Below are positions 46,834-60,550 of a DNA stretch of 64,000 nucleotides, one piece after another (within the stretch, counting starts at the first letter, position 1; every line of letters starts with the position of its first letter). Source of the stretch: Eledone cirrhosa (taxonomy: Eukaryota). The translations under genes were made by a program, and so were the position numbers. The notes beneath the pieces are model-generated. The model searched no databases. It was not told where the DNA came from and saw only the letters and a list, made by a program, of their open reading frames with translations. The stretch covers positions 25,916,001-25,980,000 of the forward strand of contig OZ024761.1 of assembly GCA_964016885.1 (NCBI GenBank), given 5' to 3'.

Positions 46834-46864
<31 letters not shown>

Positions 46865-46898
46865 CATACATATACATTATATGCACATTATATACACA

Positions 46899-46940
<42 letters not shown>

Positions 46941-46975
46941 GTACATATACATTATATGCACATTATATACACACA

Positions 46976-47032
<57 letters not shown>

Positions 47033-47349
47033 ATTAAATGTCTATATACTCATACATAAAAAGAGAGACTGATGTGGTTTGACAAAGTCTTCAAGACAAG
47101 GAGGGAGCTAGATAGCAATATATACAGTAAACAAGAAACGCAGAGAGTGTGAGAAGAAAGGGAGAGATAGTTTGAAGTAGCGAATGTGGTTTTCAATGAA
47201 AAACATATCAAAATCCTACTGGAACACATGGCTACTGATACGGAGAAGTTTAACATTCGTTTATTGTTACAAAGAATCGTAGGAAAATAAGTAAAGGTAA
47301 TTGACCTCGTGTTTAGGGGTTTTGACCTACCGTTGGTAGGCCAAAGAAC

Positions 47350-48225
47350 TCAAACGTTTCTCGCCGAGACCCAAACATATACAAAACCGTAGATATCTAT
47401 GGAATTTTGAAATATACTCTCGAGTCTTGAATAGAATTAGAGAAGACATAGAAAGCTAAAATTCCGTCTCTGATTCAAACATTTCTCATTGAGACCCAAA
47501 CATATACAAAACCGTAGATATCTATGGAATTTTGAAATATACTCTCGAGTCTTGAATAGAATTAGAGAAGACATAGAAAGCTAAAATTCCGTCTCTGATT
47601 CAAACATTTCTCATTGAGACCCAAACATATACAAAACCGTAGATATCTATGGAATTTTGAAATATACTCTCGAGTCTTGAATAGAATTAGAGAAGACATA
47701 GAAAGCTAAAATTCCGTCTCTGATTCAAACATTTCTCATTGAGACCCAAACATATACAAAACCGTAGATATCTATGGAATTTTGAAATATACTCTCGAGT
47801 CTTGAATAGAATTAGAGAAGACATAGAAAGCTAAAATTCCGTCTCTGATTCAAACATTTCTCATTGAGACCCAAACATATACAAAACCGAAGGTAACTAG
47901 GGAATTTTGAAATATACTCTCGAGTCTTGAATAGAATTAGAGAAGACATAGAAAGCTAAAATTCCGTCTCTGATTCAAACATTTCTCATTGTGACCCAAA
48001 CATATACAAAACCGAAGGTAACTATGGAATTTTGAAATATACTCTCGAGTCTTGAATAGAATTGGAGAAGACATAGAAAGCTAAAATTCCGTCTCTGATT
48101 CAAACATTTCTCATTGAGACCCAAACATATACAAAACCGAAGGTAACTAGGGAATTTTGAAATATACTCTCGAGTCTCGAATAGAATTGGAGAAGACAAA
48201 GAAAGCTAAAATTCCGTCTATGATT
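47350..48225. repeat. Tandem array of 7 x 125 bp
   Basis: g(a/t)gacccaaac at 47366, 47491, 47616, 47741, 47866, 47991 and 48116: exact 125-bp period, near-identical units. Confidence 0.97.
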
Positions 48226-48743
48226 AAAAAATGTGTATTAATATTTACGCGAGTTACCGTTTTTTTTTTTTTCATTCTTCAACAAAATAAGCAAAAAATA
48301 GATGAAAGATCATTTTCAAACACAATTACAGCCGCTAATAAAACACGGACAGATATTTTCCACCTTGATTTTTTCGTTAACATCATTTAGTGACCATCAA
48401 TGGCTTTAACAATGGTAATGGCGATCTTAAATCGATGACATGACGTTTGAGCTACAACATAAAATGATCATAATGTAAGAAGAAGACTTAGAATTGGCAA
48501 ATAGTTGTCTTTCATTTGGCTTTATATACCGTAACTGATTCTTGTAATGTCAAAGAACTTACTTTTATATCTCCATTTCTCAATCACCCTCACTCACTCG
48601 GTCTCTCGATATCCTTCTCTCTCTATATATTTATGTGTTTACTGTGTGTTTATACACACACACACATATGTATATATATAGATACATATATATATAGATA
48701 CATATATATATATATATATACATATAGATACATATATATATAG

Positions 48744-48799
<56 letters not shown>

Positions 48800-48841
48800 G
48801 TATATATATATATATACATGTATACAAACATATATAGATAC

Positions 48842-48874
<33 letters not shown>

Positions 48875-48949
48875 CATATATACAATTATGGGTGGTGTAG
48901 TAGAACGAAGCGTACATGCAACCATCAAATTCAAACGTTTATATATATA

Positions 48950-49004
<55 letters not shown>

Positions 49005-49092
49005 AACGTTTGTATTAACATTATGAACACTCGATACGTATCAGCAAAGTATAATTATTTTCCGAAGAAATACAACGAATGTATACACAGAA

Positions 49093-49154
<62 letters not shown>

Positions 49155-49159
<5 letters not shown>

Positions 49160-49215
49160 AGTACATTGTGTATGCATATATGCACTCCCGCTTATAAAAC
49201 ACACTACACAATAAC

Positions 49216-49247
<32 letters not shown>

Positions 49248-49562
49248 GTGGTGGGGGCAGTGTTTGTGTGCGGTGGGGGGGGGGGGGGGGGGGTGAAAAC
49301 ATACACACGTAAATATATATATATATACATATATATACACATATGTACATTGTGTATGAATATATGCACTCCCGCTTATACAACACAATACACAATAGTT
49401 ATATATATATATATATATGTGTGTGTGTGGTGGGGGTGGGGGTGGGGGGGTATGAAAACATACACACGCAAATATATATATATATATATATATACATATA
49501 TATACACACATGTACATTGTGTATGCATATATGCACTCCCGCTTATAAAACACACTACACAA

Positions 49563-49614
<52 letters not shown>

Positions 49615-49775
49615 CGCTTGGTGGTGGGGGCGGTGTGTGTGTGTGGGGGGGGGGGGGGGTGAAAACATACACACGCAAATATATATATATATATATATAT
49701 ACATATATATACACACATGTACATTGTGTATGCATATATGCACTCCCGCTTATAAAACACAATACACAATAGTAA
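49155..49775. repeat. Tandem array of 4 units (about 170-210 bp) with poly-G and microsatellite spacers
   Basis: tacattgtgtatg.atatatgcactcccgcttata at about 49162, 49346, 49513 and 49720. Confidence 0.9.
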
Positions 49776-50324
49776 TATATTTGATAAGATTCATAAAACA
49801 AGTAGTTGCGTTGTATTGTATAGTAACTTCAACATTACACTAATATACGTAACATTCTATTGCTATGAGATTTAGCAGCGCCATATTGCATTTCATACTT
49901 TATGGAAATGGTGAATGTCAAAATGTACGTGGAATATATTTTATAGAGCCCAGTTGAATAACGATGCACATTTATATTCATACTATAAAAATCTGGATAT
50001 TATATTTTTGCTGCAGAAATGACAGTAATACATGACTGGGTTTTGCCAAGAATCTTTGGAACAAAATGAAATAGCAATAGAGAATCGTAGAGGAAGGAAT
50101 TACCTACGTATAATGATGCATGTATGTATGTATGTATGTATGTATGTATGTGTGTGTCTGTGCGTGTGAGTGAATGTGAGTGTGCGTGAGAGTGTGTGTG
50201 TGTGCGTGTGAGTGTATGTGTGTGTGTGCGTGTATGTATGTGGTGTATGTGTGAGTGTCTGTCTGTGTGTGTGTGTGTGTATGTTTGTGTGAAGGCATGT
50301 GAGCATGTTCCTCTCTATGTATAA

Positions 50325-50384
<60 letters not shown>

Positions 50385-50709
50385 TTGTGTGTGCGCGCGT
50401 GTATGCGTGTGAATGTGTGCGTGTGTTTAGGTGTATCTGTTTGTGTGAAGGCATGTGAGGATGTTTCTCTCTATAAGTAAGTGTATATCTATATATATCT
50501 ATATATATATATATATATATATAAGCAGCGGGAGAAATTCATAGAAAGAAAGATGCAGACAGTTGATAGAAAGTGATATATAAGTATGTAGATGTGAAGA
50601 CATAAAACATTCGGCGCTGAATGGATTATCAAGTGAAGTCACTGTTGTTGAAGGGTGTAACGAACTATAGAGTTAAAGAACTAGATTTATACCTCAGATT
50701 CCTTCCCTA

Positions 50710-50728
50710 TATATAGATATATATATAT

Positions 50729-50765
<37 letters not shown>

Positions 50766-51309
50766 TATATATATATAGATATATATATATAGATATATAT
50801 ATATAGATATATATATATAGATATATATATATAGATAGATAGATAGATATATATATATATAGATAGATAGATAGATATATATAGATATATAGATAGATAG
50901 ATAGATATATATAGATATATAGATATATATAGATATATATATATATATAGATATATATAGATATATATATATATATAGATATATATAGATATATATATAT
51001 ATATATATATATATAGATATATATATATATAGATATATATAGATATATATAGATATATAGATATATATATCTATATATATATAGATATATATAGATATAT
51101 AGATATATATATCTATATATATATAGATATATATAGATATATATCTATATATATATAGATATATATAGATATATAGATATATATATCTATATATATATAG
51201 ATATATAGATATATAGATATATATATCTATATATATATAGATATATAGATATATAGATATATATATAGATATATATATAGATATATATAGATATATATAT
51301 AGATATATA

Positions 51310-51365
<56 letters not shown>

Positions 51366-51368
51366 TAG

Positions 51369-51399
<31 letters not shown>

Positions 51400-51644
51400 T
51401 ATATATATATATATATAGACATAGATATATATAGAAATAGATATATATAGATATATATATAGATAGATATATATATAGATATATATATAGATATATATAT
51501 ATATATAGATATATATATAGATATAGATATATATATAGATATATATATATATATAGATATATATATAGATATAGATATAGATATATATATATATATAGAT
51601 ATATATATAGATATATATATATATATAGATAGATATATATATAT

Positions 51645-51679
<35 letters not shown>

Positions 51680-51718
51680 TATATATATATATATATAGAT
51701 ATATATATATATATCTAT
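50710..51718. repeat. (TA)n/TAGA compound microsatellite
   Basis: Directly visible. Confidence 0.95.
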
Positions 51719-51927
51719 AAAACTGTCTATATTGTATTTTGTCTGAAGAAGGCATAACATATTGTTAATATGATATCCCTGAAATATATATAATGAAATA
51801 AATATGGTTTTATAAATATAGTTTCCATTTATTTAATATCGTAAATATACTCCAAATACTTGTTGAGTGCTTTTATATCAGTTATAAATGTTTACTAGTT
51901 GTAACCCAACAATTTAAATATAACTTT

Positions 51928-51929
<2 letters not shown>
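51719..51929 (+). mobile_element. PLE-type terminal repeat, family U
   Basis: Homologous to the reverse of 35655-35868; (TA)n on both sides. Confidence 0.75.
51735..51800 (+). ncRNA. Minimal type I hammerhead ribozyme
   Basis: tattttgt CTGAAGA agg..catatt-gtt-aatatg..cct GAAA tatata TA atgaaata: stem I 8 bp (2 G-U), palindromic stem III. Confidence 0.7.
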
Positions 51930-51984
<55 letters not shown>

Positions 51985-52155
51985 TATATAGATATATATA
52001 TAGATATATAGAGATATATATAGATATATAGAGATATATATAGATATATAGAGATATATATAGATATATATATATAGATATATATACATATATATATATA
52101 TATGTACATATATACATATATATATATATACATATATATATATACATATATACAG

Positions 52156-52187
<32 letters not shown>

Positions 52188-52191
52188 ACAG

Positions 52192-52237
<46 letters not shown>

Positions 52238-52348
52238 ATATATATATATACAAATTTATATATATATATACAAAACTCAATATTTATATAACACTGCCAT
52301 GACTGAATTTTAACCATCTACTTAGTCAAGGTATGTCAAGCATCATCT

Positions 52349-52415
52349 TATTTTATCTGATGAGGACGTACTGTTGAAGATAGCTCAGTACCTCTGAAAT
52401 ATGTATAATAAAATA
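52349..52415 (+). ncRNA. Minimal type I hammerhead ribozyme
   Basis: tattttat CTGATGA ggacgtactg-ttgaagatagct-cagtacctct GAAA tatgta TA ataaaata: perfect 8-bp stem I, 9 of 10 pairs in stem II, canonical core. Confidence 0.8.
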
Positions 52416-52518
52416 TACTTGATCACACGAATGTCTATATTTGTTAATATTTTGAATTAATATATACATATATATATATAAACATATATATATATAGAGA
52501 GAGAGAGAGGGAGAGAGT

Positions 52519-52556
<38 letters not shown>

Positions 52557-52934
52557 GATATGATAGGGGTGGGGATTAATGTTTCTAGTTTTATATTCTA
52601 ATGAGTTCGGATACGTAATTAGGTGAAATATATGAATATTCATAGCAAATTGACATGCTTATATTACTGTTAAATGTAACATTACTCCAAGCCAAGGAAT
52701 AGGATTTCAACATGTAATTTAGCACAAGATTCCTACGAATATTAACAAACCATAATTTTTCATTAGACTTTCCAACAGTTCAGGAAGCTGCATATATATA
52801 GAGAGAGATTTACATAAATGTGGGCATTAATATGAGTGCATACTATTAAATAATGTATATATTAGTATATCGACATGGTCTCGGGTATTGTCACATTACA
52901 CATAACTGTAAACACATAATATATACAGACTGAG

Positions 52935-52988
<54 letters not shown>

Positions 52989-52999
52989 TTCTCTCTCTA

Positions 53000-53041
<42 letters not shown>

Positions 53042-53094
53042 TCAATATATATATATATATATATATATACATACATATATACAGAGATATGTAT

Positions 53095-53134
<40 letters not shown>

Positions 53135-53497
53135 TGATATGTATATATATATATATATGTGTGTATATATATATATATATTTATATATATATAAGTGTGT
53201 GTATGTATGTGTTATAAAGTGAAACGACAGGAGGCGATATATTATTGAATTTCCTTAATTTGTTATAACTTCAAACATTATGCACATTTCAATGGCTAGG
53301 TTGCGTAAGATCACGACGACCTCATCAGGTGTAAATCGTGTTTTAGATGTATACCAACGGGATGATGGTAAACTTTACGGTAACAAGCAAAGAACAAAGA
53401 AAAGAAATGGAGAAAAGGGTTTGTGTTTATGTTTTTGACCCAGAGACGGATGGAGTAGCATGCTGTCACCTACCTTCTTCGTCTCTGCATGTATGTG

Positions 53498-53529
<32 letters not shown>

Positions 53530-53559
53530 ATATATTACACTCGTGTCCCCTTTATTTAC

Positions 53560-53707
53560 GTGTCCCAACGACTTTTTTTAGCCGTTGCTCGCACCAATCA
53601 GAGGTATATGGTCTTTAAAACGATGAAATACCAATGATGGTTGGAAGATCACTGATGAAGGACTAACTTTATTCATATGTAACCCATTAGCAACCCCGCA
53701 GCACGTT

Positions 53708-53712
<5 letters not shown>
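53560..53712 (+). repeat. Dispersed repeat family T
   Basis: Homologous to the reverse of 63520-63672 and to 32790-32850. Confidence 0.8.
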
Positions 53713-53739
<27 letters not shown>

Positions 53740-54009
53740 GGAATATGATCGAGTGTGTTGGAGGTGATTGCAAGAAAGTCGGATCCATTAATGCATTGAA
53801 GGTATATATATGTTTAACGCTGGGAGTCCCAACGTTTTGGAGGATTATTCTTCATCAAAGGAGAAAATAAGAAGTAGAAGAAAAAACGGAAAGATATCAG
53901 AGTATGAGTAGAGGAAATATTTGTGAATTAGACACGTGTTAGTGGCAGGTAACCATCTATATATATATATTATAGCTTGCTGACACTCACATCGCCTTCG
54001 AGTAAATAT

Positions 54010-54316
54010 GTATATAAATATATATATATATATATATACATTATATATATATATACACATATATATATATACATAACATACACACATATATATACATATA
54101 TATATACAAACACACATATACATCTATACACACATATATATACATATATATATCTATACACACATATATATACATATATATATCTATACACACATATTTA
54201 TACATATATATATCTATACACACATATTTATACATATATATATCTATACACACATATTTATACATATATATATATATACACATATATCTATACACATATT
54301 ATATATATCTATACAC

Positions 54317-54364
<48 letters not shown>

Positions 54365-54393
54365 CATATATATATACATATGTATACACATAT

Positions 54394-54425
<32 letters not shown>

Positions 54426-54569
54426 CATATATATATACATATGTATACAAATATATATCTATACATATGTATACAAATATATATCTATACATATGTATAC
54501 AAATATATATCTATATATATATATACAAATATATATCTATATATATATATATATATATACAAATATATA

Positions 54570-54613
<44 letters not shown>

Positions 54614-54906
54614 AATATATATACATATATATATATATATAAATATATATCTATACATATATATACATATATATATATATATATAAATATATATCTATAC
54701 ATATATATATACATATATATATATATATAAATATATATCTATACATATATATATACATATATATATATATATAAATATATATCTATACATATATATATAC
54801 ATATATATATATATATAAATATATATCTATACATATATATATACATATATATATATATAAATATATATCTATACATATATATATACACATACCTATATAT
54901 ATACAC

Positions 54907-54949
<43 letters not shown>

Positions 54950-54954
54950 CATAT

Positions 54955-54986
<32 letters not shown>

Positions 54987-55020
54987 ACATACATATATAT
55001 ATGTATATATATACATATAT

Positions 55021-55069
<49 letters not shown>

Positions 55070-55080
55070 CTCATATATAT
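54010..55080. repeat. (TA)n/TACA/TCTA compound microsatellite
   Basis: Directly visible. Confidence 0.9.
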
Positions 55081-55311
55081 GCCTTAAATACTTGATTTCA
55101 AATTCTCTCATTGTAAATTATCTGCTGCTAGACTGTCAAAGAAATATTCCTCAGGTGTATTGTTAAGGCCATTACAAACTCCCCTGTTTGTACATACATG
55201 TATAATTAAATGTTCGTAGTAAGATGACAAGCCTTCCTCTGCTCTTCATGTCACGATATATGAGATTCTTTTCTAATGAATGTAGTAAACACTCTATCAT
55301 TTTACATTTGA

Positions 55312-55352
<41 letters not shown>

Positions 55353-55440
55353 TGTATTGAAATGCGTGTATATATGTATGTATACATATATGTCTACACA
55401 CACAGATCTGTATATATATATATAGAGAGAGAGAAAGAGA

Positions 55441-55488
<48 letters not shown>

Positions 55489-55837
55489 AAGAAATGCGTG
55501 TATATATGTATGTATAAATATATGTCTACACACACAGATATCTATATACATATATACATATATACATATACATATATATATATATATATACATACATACA
55601 TATATATATACACACATACATATATATATATACACACATACATATATACATATATATATATATAGTTATATTTGTGTATGTATATGTATATATATGTTTG
55701 CACGTGTACATATACGTATATAGGTGTGTTTGTGTGTTTGCATGAATTTGTGCATATATATATTGCGATCTCTTTCTATTTCTCACACATACACACACTT
55801 ATTCATAGATACCCAAATATATATATATATATATATA

Positions 55838-56036
55838 TAGATGAGATTCTACAGGACTAGAACTGTTTCATTCTTTAGAAATCATCAGGAATCTCCTGCA
55901 GGAATCTCCTGATGATTTCTAAAGAATGAAACAGTTCTAGTCCTGTAGAATCTCATCTATATTAAAACTTGTATACTCTGCAATGTATTGAGTACCTTAC
56001 TTACTGTGGTTACCTCCCATTCAACCCGGAATAACA
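55838..56036 (+). mobile_element. Fold-back PLE-derived element, family S
   Basis: Perfect inverted arms about 55836-55888 / 55909-55961, then an ~75-bp tail shared with 29928-30012; in (TA)n. Confidence 0.8.
55843..55895 (-). ncRNA. Type I hammerhead ribozyme
   Basis: Minus strand reads gagattc CTGATGA t ttc-taaa-gaa t GAAA cag-ttctagtc-ctg TA gaatctc: stem I 7 bp, stem III 4 bp, GUA cleavage triplet. Confidence 0.75.
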
Positions 56037-56384
56037 TATATATATATATATATACACGCATGTACGTATACTATTAAATGAGGGTGTATATGTTACTGGT
56101 GCTATCTATAAAGTCACTGACAATTATTTTAGAATATGTATGTTAGCATGGTCTACATGTTATGCTCCTTAGTCTAGAATTTAACAGTGAATACAAGTAT
56201 ATGTTGTGCTAATATAAACATACATACACGCATACATACATGTATACCTATACTTGCATACACAGTGGTGTGTGTGTATGTCTGGCTATGGCTTGCACTG
56301 AAGTCTCTGGACATAGATCTGCTCGCTTTGCAAGTCCTAGCGTTGTGTGTCTAGTTATGGCTTGCATTGGCGTCGAATTGTTTT

Positions 56385-56830
56385 GCACACTTTCAAAACC
56401 ACACTTTTCATATAGAATTAATTTTTTTCGAACTTTCACAAATCACACTTTTCATGTAGATCTTTTTCGACACTTTAAAAAACACACATTTCATATAGAT
56501 TATTCTTTCCGACACATTCAAAAACGCACATTTCATATATATTTTTTCGATTTTCACGAAACACGCTTACCTCACATATTTTTTTTCTAGACTTTAAAAA
56601 ACACACATTTCATATAGATTTTTTATTCGACATTTAACAGAAGACACTTTTCATACAGATTTTTTTCCAACGCTTTAAAAAACACGCTTTTCATATAGAT
56701 TTTTTATTCGTTCTTTCACCAAACTCACTTTTTCAAACACATTGTTTTCGACACTTTCGGAAACACACATTTCATATATATTTTCTTTTCTTTCCACCTT
56801 TCACAAAACACGCTTTTCATATATATTTCC
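56385..56830. repeat. Degenerate ~40-bp tandem repeat (about 11 units)
   Basis: Recurring acac(t/a)tttcatatagattttttt.cgacacttt.aaaa. Confidence 0.85.
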
Positions 56831-56847
56831 ATCTGTGCGTGGATATA

Positions 56848-56893
<46 letters not shown>

Positions 56894-56952
56894 CATTTCG
56901 ATATATCTATAATCATATACACACACACACATTATATATATATATATATATA

Positions 56953-57140
56953 CGGTGGATTGGCAATATCGGTAGAGGGTCGGACGCCATGCTTTGCAGC
57001 AAAGGGTTATGGCCCTTTATGGTCTGAGCTCAAGTCCCGCCGTGGTTAACTTTGCCTTTCATCCTTACGGGGTTGATAAAATAAAGTACCAGTAATACAC
57101 TGAGATAATTGCTGGCCTTGTGCCAAAAATAGAAACAATT
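56953..57140 (+). mobile_element. SINE family A, full length
   Basis: cggtggattggcaatatcggtagagggtcggacgccatgc...aaataaagtaccag...tagaaacaatta; in (TA)n. Confidence 0.85.
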
Positions 57141-57162
57141 ATATATATATATATACATAAAC

Positions 57163-57193
<31 letters not shown>

Positions 57194-58830
57194 TATAAAC
57201 ATACACACACACATATGTATGTATATATATATATAGAGAGAGAGAGATATTTTATTATTTCTGTACGTGTATTAGGGTTAGAGTGTTTAAACGTGCCTTG
57301 TATTATTGCTTTTAATACTCTTAATTTTATTAATTCAACGAAATACCGGAATTTAATTCCTTTCTTCGAGCTCAGCATAATTGAGTTTCTGAGTCTGTAA
57401 AATAATTTTCAACATTAAGTTGCGTATTTCTATGACGTCATCAGTGTAATCCGATTCCTATATAAACTTCTAATACACTAAATAAACTGTGTGATTACTC
57501 GGCTTGCGTATAAGTATGTTTGTAAAGGATATGATATGTGTGTGTACGGTGCGTAGAATGGAGTGTTGCGTATGTGTGTGTATGTGGGTGTTCATGTATG
57601 TGTGTGTATGTGAATGTGTGTGTCTATGTAAGTGTTTCTCTGTGTATGTGGTGTCTGTGTGTGTGTATGTGTCTGTAAGTGTGTGTCTGTGTATGTGTGT
57701 GCGCATATCTGTGTGAATATGAGCATGTACGTCTGTGTGTGTGTCAGTGTATGTGTGTCTGTATGTGTGTGTCTTTGGATATGTTTATGTATGTATGTGT
57801 GCGTGTGTTTATGCGTGTACGTGTGTGTGTGTGTATAATGTGTATATGTCTAAATATTGTGTGTTTGTGTATAGAGTGTGTCCATCTCTAAATATTGCGT
57901 GTGCGTACGCCTTTCTATATATAACTAAATATTGTTTTTGCAGAATGTGTTAACATGTGATACTAAGCAGAATATATCGATACACGTGTAATGCATGACT
58001 ATATTGTGGTAGAAAATTAATTAATGCACGTTTCATATATCGAATAATCTATAGAGTTTAATGTGTTGAACGAACATATCCACGTATATAAATATACACA
58101 TGTATATGTATAATCATACACACACACATATATATATATATACATATTGGTTTGAACAATTTATATAACATGTACTAGGCTACCTTAGGTTTCAAGGCAT
58201 ACGATGTTAGCTCCTGATAATTTACATCATTCCATTTTGTAATTGTGTTAATTCATACATACGTAACTCTCGCAATATTTAACACAAGCACACGCACATG
58301 CATATATACATGGACACACATATTTCTCTCACTCTCTATCTCTTTCTTTCTCTCTATCATATACATACATACAGAAAATATAGATAAATAACACACCAAA
58401 CGACACAGTACTTATATTTAATTAATATATATATATATATTTATATATATATATATGTATATATACATATATATATGTATATATACATAAAATATTTGCC
58501 TCGGGAAACAATTGCAAGTATATTATTCGATTACATTAATACATATTTATTGATCTCCATTTATCAAATGATTAAATTTGTATTTTAACTTAACTGTGAC
58601 GCAATTCTCGGTACAACAATAATGAATTACTAATAACATATTTATAATTCGACGTAAAGTTTTGCCGCTGTTACTAAATGAGAGAAAAAAAAACATGCAT
58701 ATCTATCTACTAATCTATCTATATATCTAACTATATATCTATCTATGTATCTATCTATGTATCTATCAATCCATCTATCTATTTCTCTCTATATATATGT
58801 CTATTTATCAATCTATTAATATCTCACTAT

Positions 58831-58880
<50 letters not shown>

Positions 58881-58985
58881 GGTGGAATATATGTATATAT
58901 ATATATTCACACATACATATATATATATTAATACATACGTATTTCTGTCTCTCTATATATATACACACATATCTCTGTCTCTGTG

Positions 58986-59040
<55 letters not shown>

Positions 59041-59065
59041 TCATACATAGCTCTGTCACTGACTC

Positions 59066-59115
<50 letters not shown>

Positions 59116-59485
59116 TATACATACATATCTCAGTCTTTCTGTATGTATATATGTATATACATGAATGTTCGATGTAAAGACATGTAAGTCAATCAAGAAA
59201 TATGTATTAAAGAAAGTAAATATAAAAAATATATACGAATTTTCCAAAGTATATCCATATTACATTAATGTTAATGTTTGTATAATTAATAATACATGTT
59301 TATTGGATTTCTTTCAATGGCGGATTTTTGTTGTCCTCCATTTCCTTTCCATTTACATAACTTGATACTTCGCTTCGTTGCTTCCGGTTATATTATATTA
59401 TAAACCATTTACATATGTTAGCATAGGTACATGTATATATATATATATATATGCATGTATGAATACAGAGAGAGAGAGAGTGATT

Positions 59486-59755
59486 TGGAGAACACATCTC
59501 CACTCTTTCGAAAACAAGAAACAAAGAGACTCCACTTCGCTCGCGAATTACATCACAGCATTAAAAGACTTAAACATCAGATTCTCAACGCACTGGGAAA
59601 TTGTCGGCAGGCCCGCATCGTACAATTTCAAGCGGAAATGCGAGCTTTGCCTCGTGGCACTTTACCATATCATAACGGCACCCTACGAGCTCATCAACGG
59701 CAGAGCTGAAACGGCGATAAGCTGCACACACCGCTTAAAAATCTCTTATTCATGA
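59486..59755 (+). pseudogene. Penelope-like element GIY-YIG endonuclease C-terminal fragment (5'-truncated)
   Basis: WRTHLHSFENKKQRDSTSLANYITALKDLNIRFSTHWEIV...CELCL...LINGRAETAISCTH fits the H..SF....T.LS.YI..LK....W.I....C.LCL.E....LN.R.E....C.H pattern of PLE endonucleases; the usual catalytic Glu position reads Ala. Confidence 0.75.
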
Positions 59756-60158
59756 TGGAATAAGAATGAGGAGTGAAAACCGTAAACCAGATCACCCTGC
59801 ACCAAACCTTAACACCTCAGTGGGCAGACGATGCAAAAAAACATCTAAAAACATCTGTAAACTAACCGTGCATCCATGACCCAGCGTGATTCGACCCCGG
59901 TGTGCAGGCGCTGCAAGCAACATCTGGAAACTAACTCTGCATCCCTGACCCTGCGTGAATCGACAATGGTAAAGCAATAACCACAAAATACTATCGGGTA
60001 AAAAGTATCCTGGAGAACACTGCTCTAACACTGGTTAGAGTTATCTCCCTTCACCTACTGCAAAATCAATACATGTTTTTTTACGATGAATGAACTGTGA
60101 TGTGACCTTGCCTCTAGAACCATTTTGGGTAATGTAAGGAACGCTTTTTAGTTTTTTA

Positions 60159-60198
60159 TACCCTTGACAAGCCCATTAGGGCGAAACGTACGTAGGTG
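60159..60198 (+). ncRNA. Minimal hammerhead with U3:A8 core variant
   Basis: taccc TTGACAA gccc-atta-gggc GAAA cgtacg TA ggtg: perfect stem II, palindromic ACGTACGT stem III, short stem I. Confidence 0.65.
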
Positions 60199-60253
60199 GT
60201 GTTTTAAATAAACATGTTTTAACGGTTTCTTCTCCTTTATATACTTCTCCACG

Positions 60254-60287
<34 letters not shown>

Positions 60288-60360
60288 TACAATGCATATA
60301 TATTAGTCCTTTAACTCTTATGTTGCCATATTCATGTTACTTATTATTATTATTATTATT

Positions 60361-60391
<31 letters not shown>

Positions 60392-60392
60392 A

Positions 60393-60550
60393 AAGAACGA
60401 CCTACTTTCGTCAAATCGGACCGAGTTTCCATTGTTGTTCTACCTCAGTCGGGGTCATACTTTCTCCTACTACCCACTCTACTATCCTAAATATCGAGTA
60501 CTCTGGTGCGTTATGGGCCATCTGGTTCCTTACCACAACTCCTTCGTTGT
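60393..60550 (+). mobile_element. Chimera of inverted family Q head and family H tail
   Basis: actttcgtcaaatcggaccgag (Q) joined to gtcggggtc...tacccactctactatcctaa...gagtactctggtgcgttatgg...ttccttaccac (H). Confidence 0.65.

Larger units (their letters stand above)
59486..60252 (+). mobile_element. 5'-truncated Penelope-like retroelement (endonuclease end, 3' UTR, terminal repeat)
   Basis: Endonuclease fragment, ~46-bp direct repeats at about 59849 and 59919, hammerhead at 60159-60198, AATAAA at 60207-60212, ending at (TA)n. Confidence 0.75.

Noticed and set aside
47074-47290. Protein-like frame WFDKVFKTRREL...LLQRIVGK
   Set aside because: Two in-frame stops and no recognisable family.
47350-48225. 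CRISPR-like array
   Set aside because: Whole units are near-identical with no unique spacers, there are no cas genes, and the context is eukaryotic.
53270-53335. Minus-strand CTGATGA...GAAAtgtgcaTA
   Set aside because: Stem I does not pair and stem II does not close next to GAAA.
57420-57450. Minus-strand CTGATGAcgtcataGAAA, also a TGACGTCA CRE palindrome
   Set aside because: No stem II or stem I; an isolated 8-mer is not evidence of regulation.
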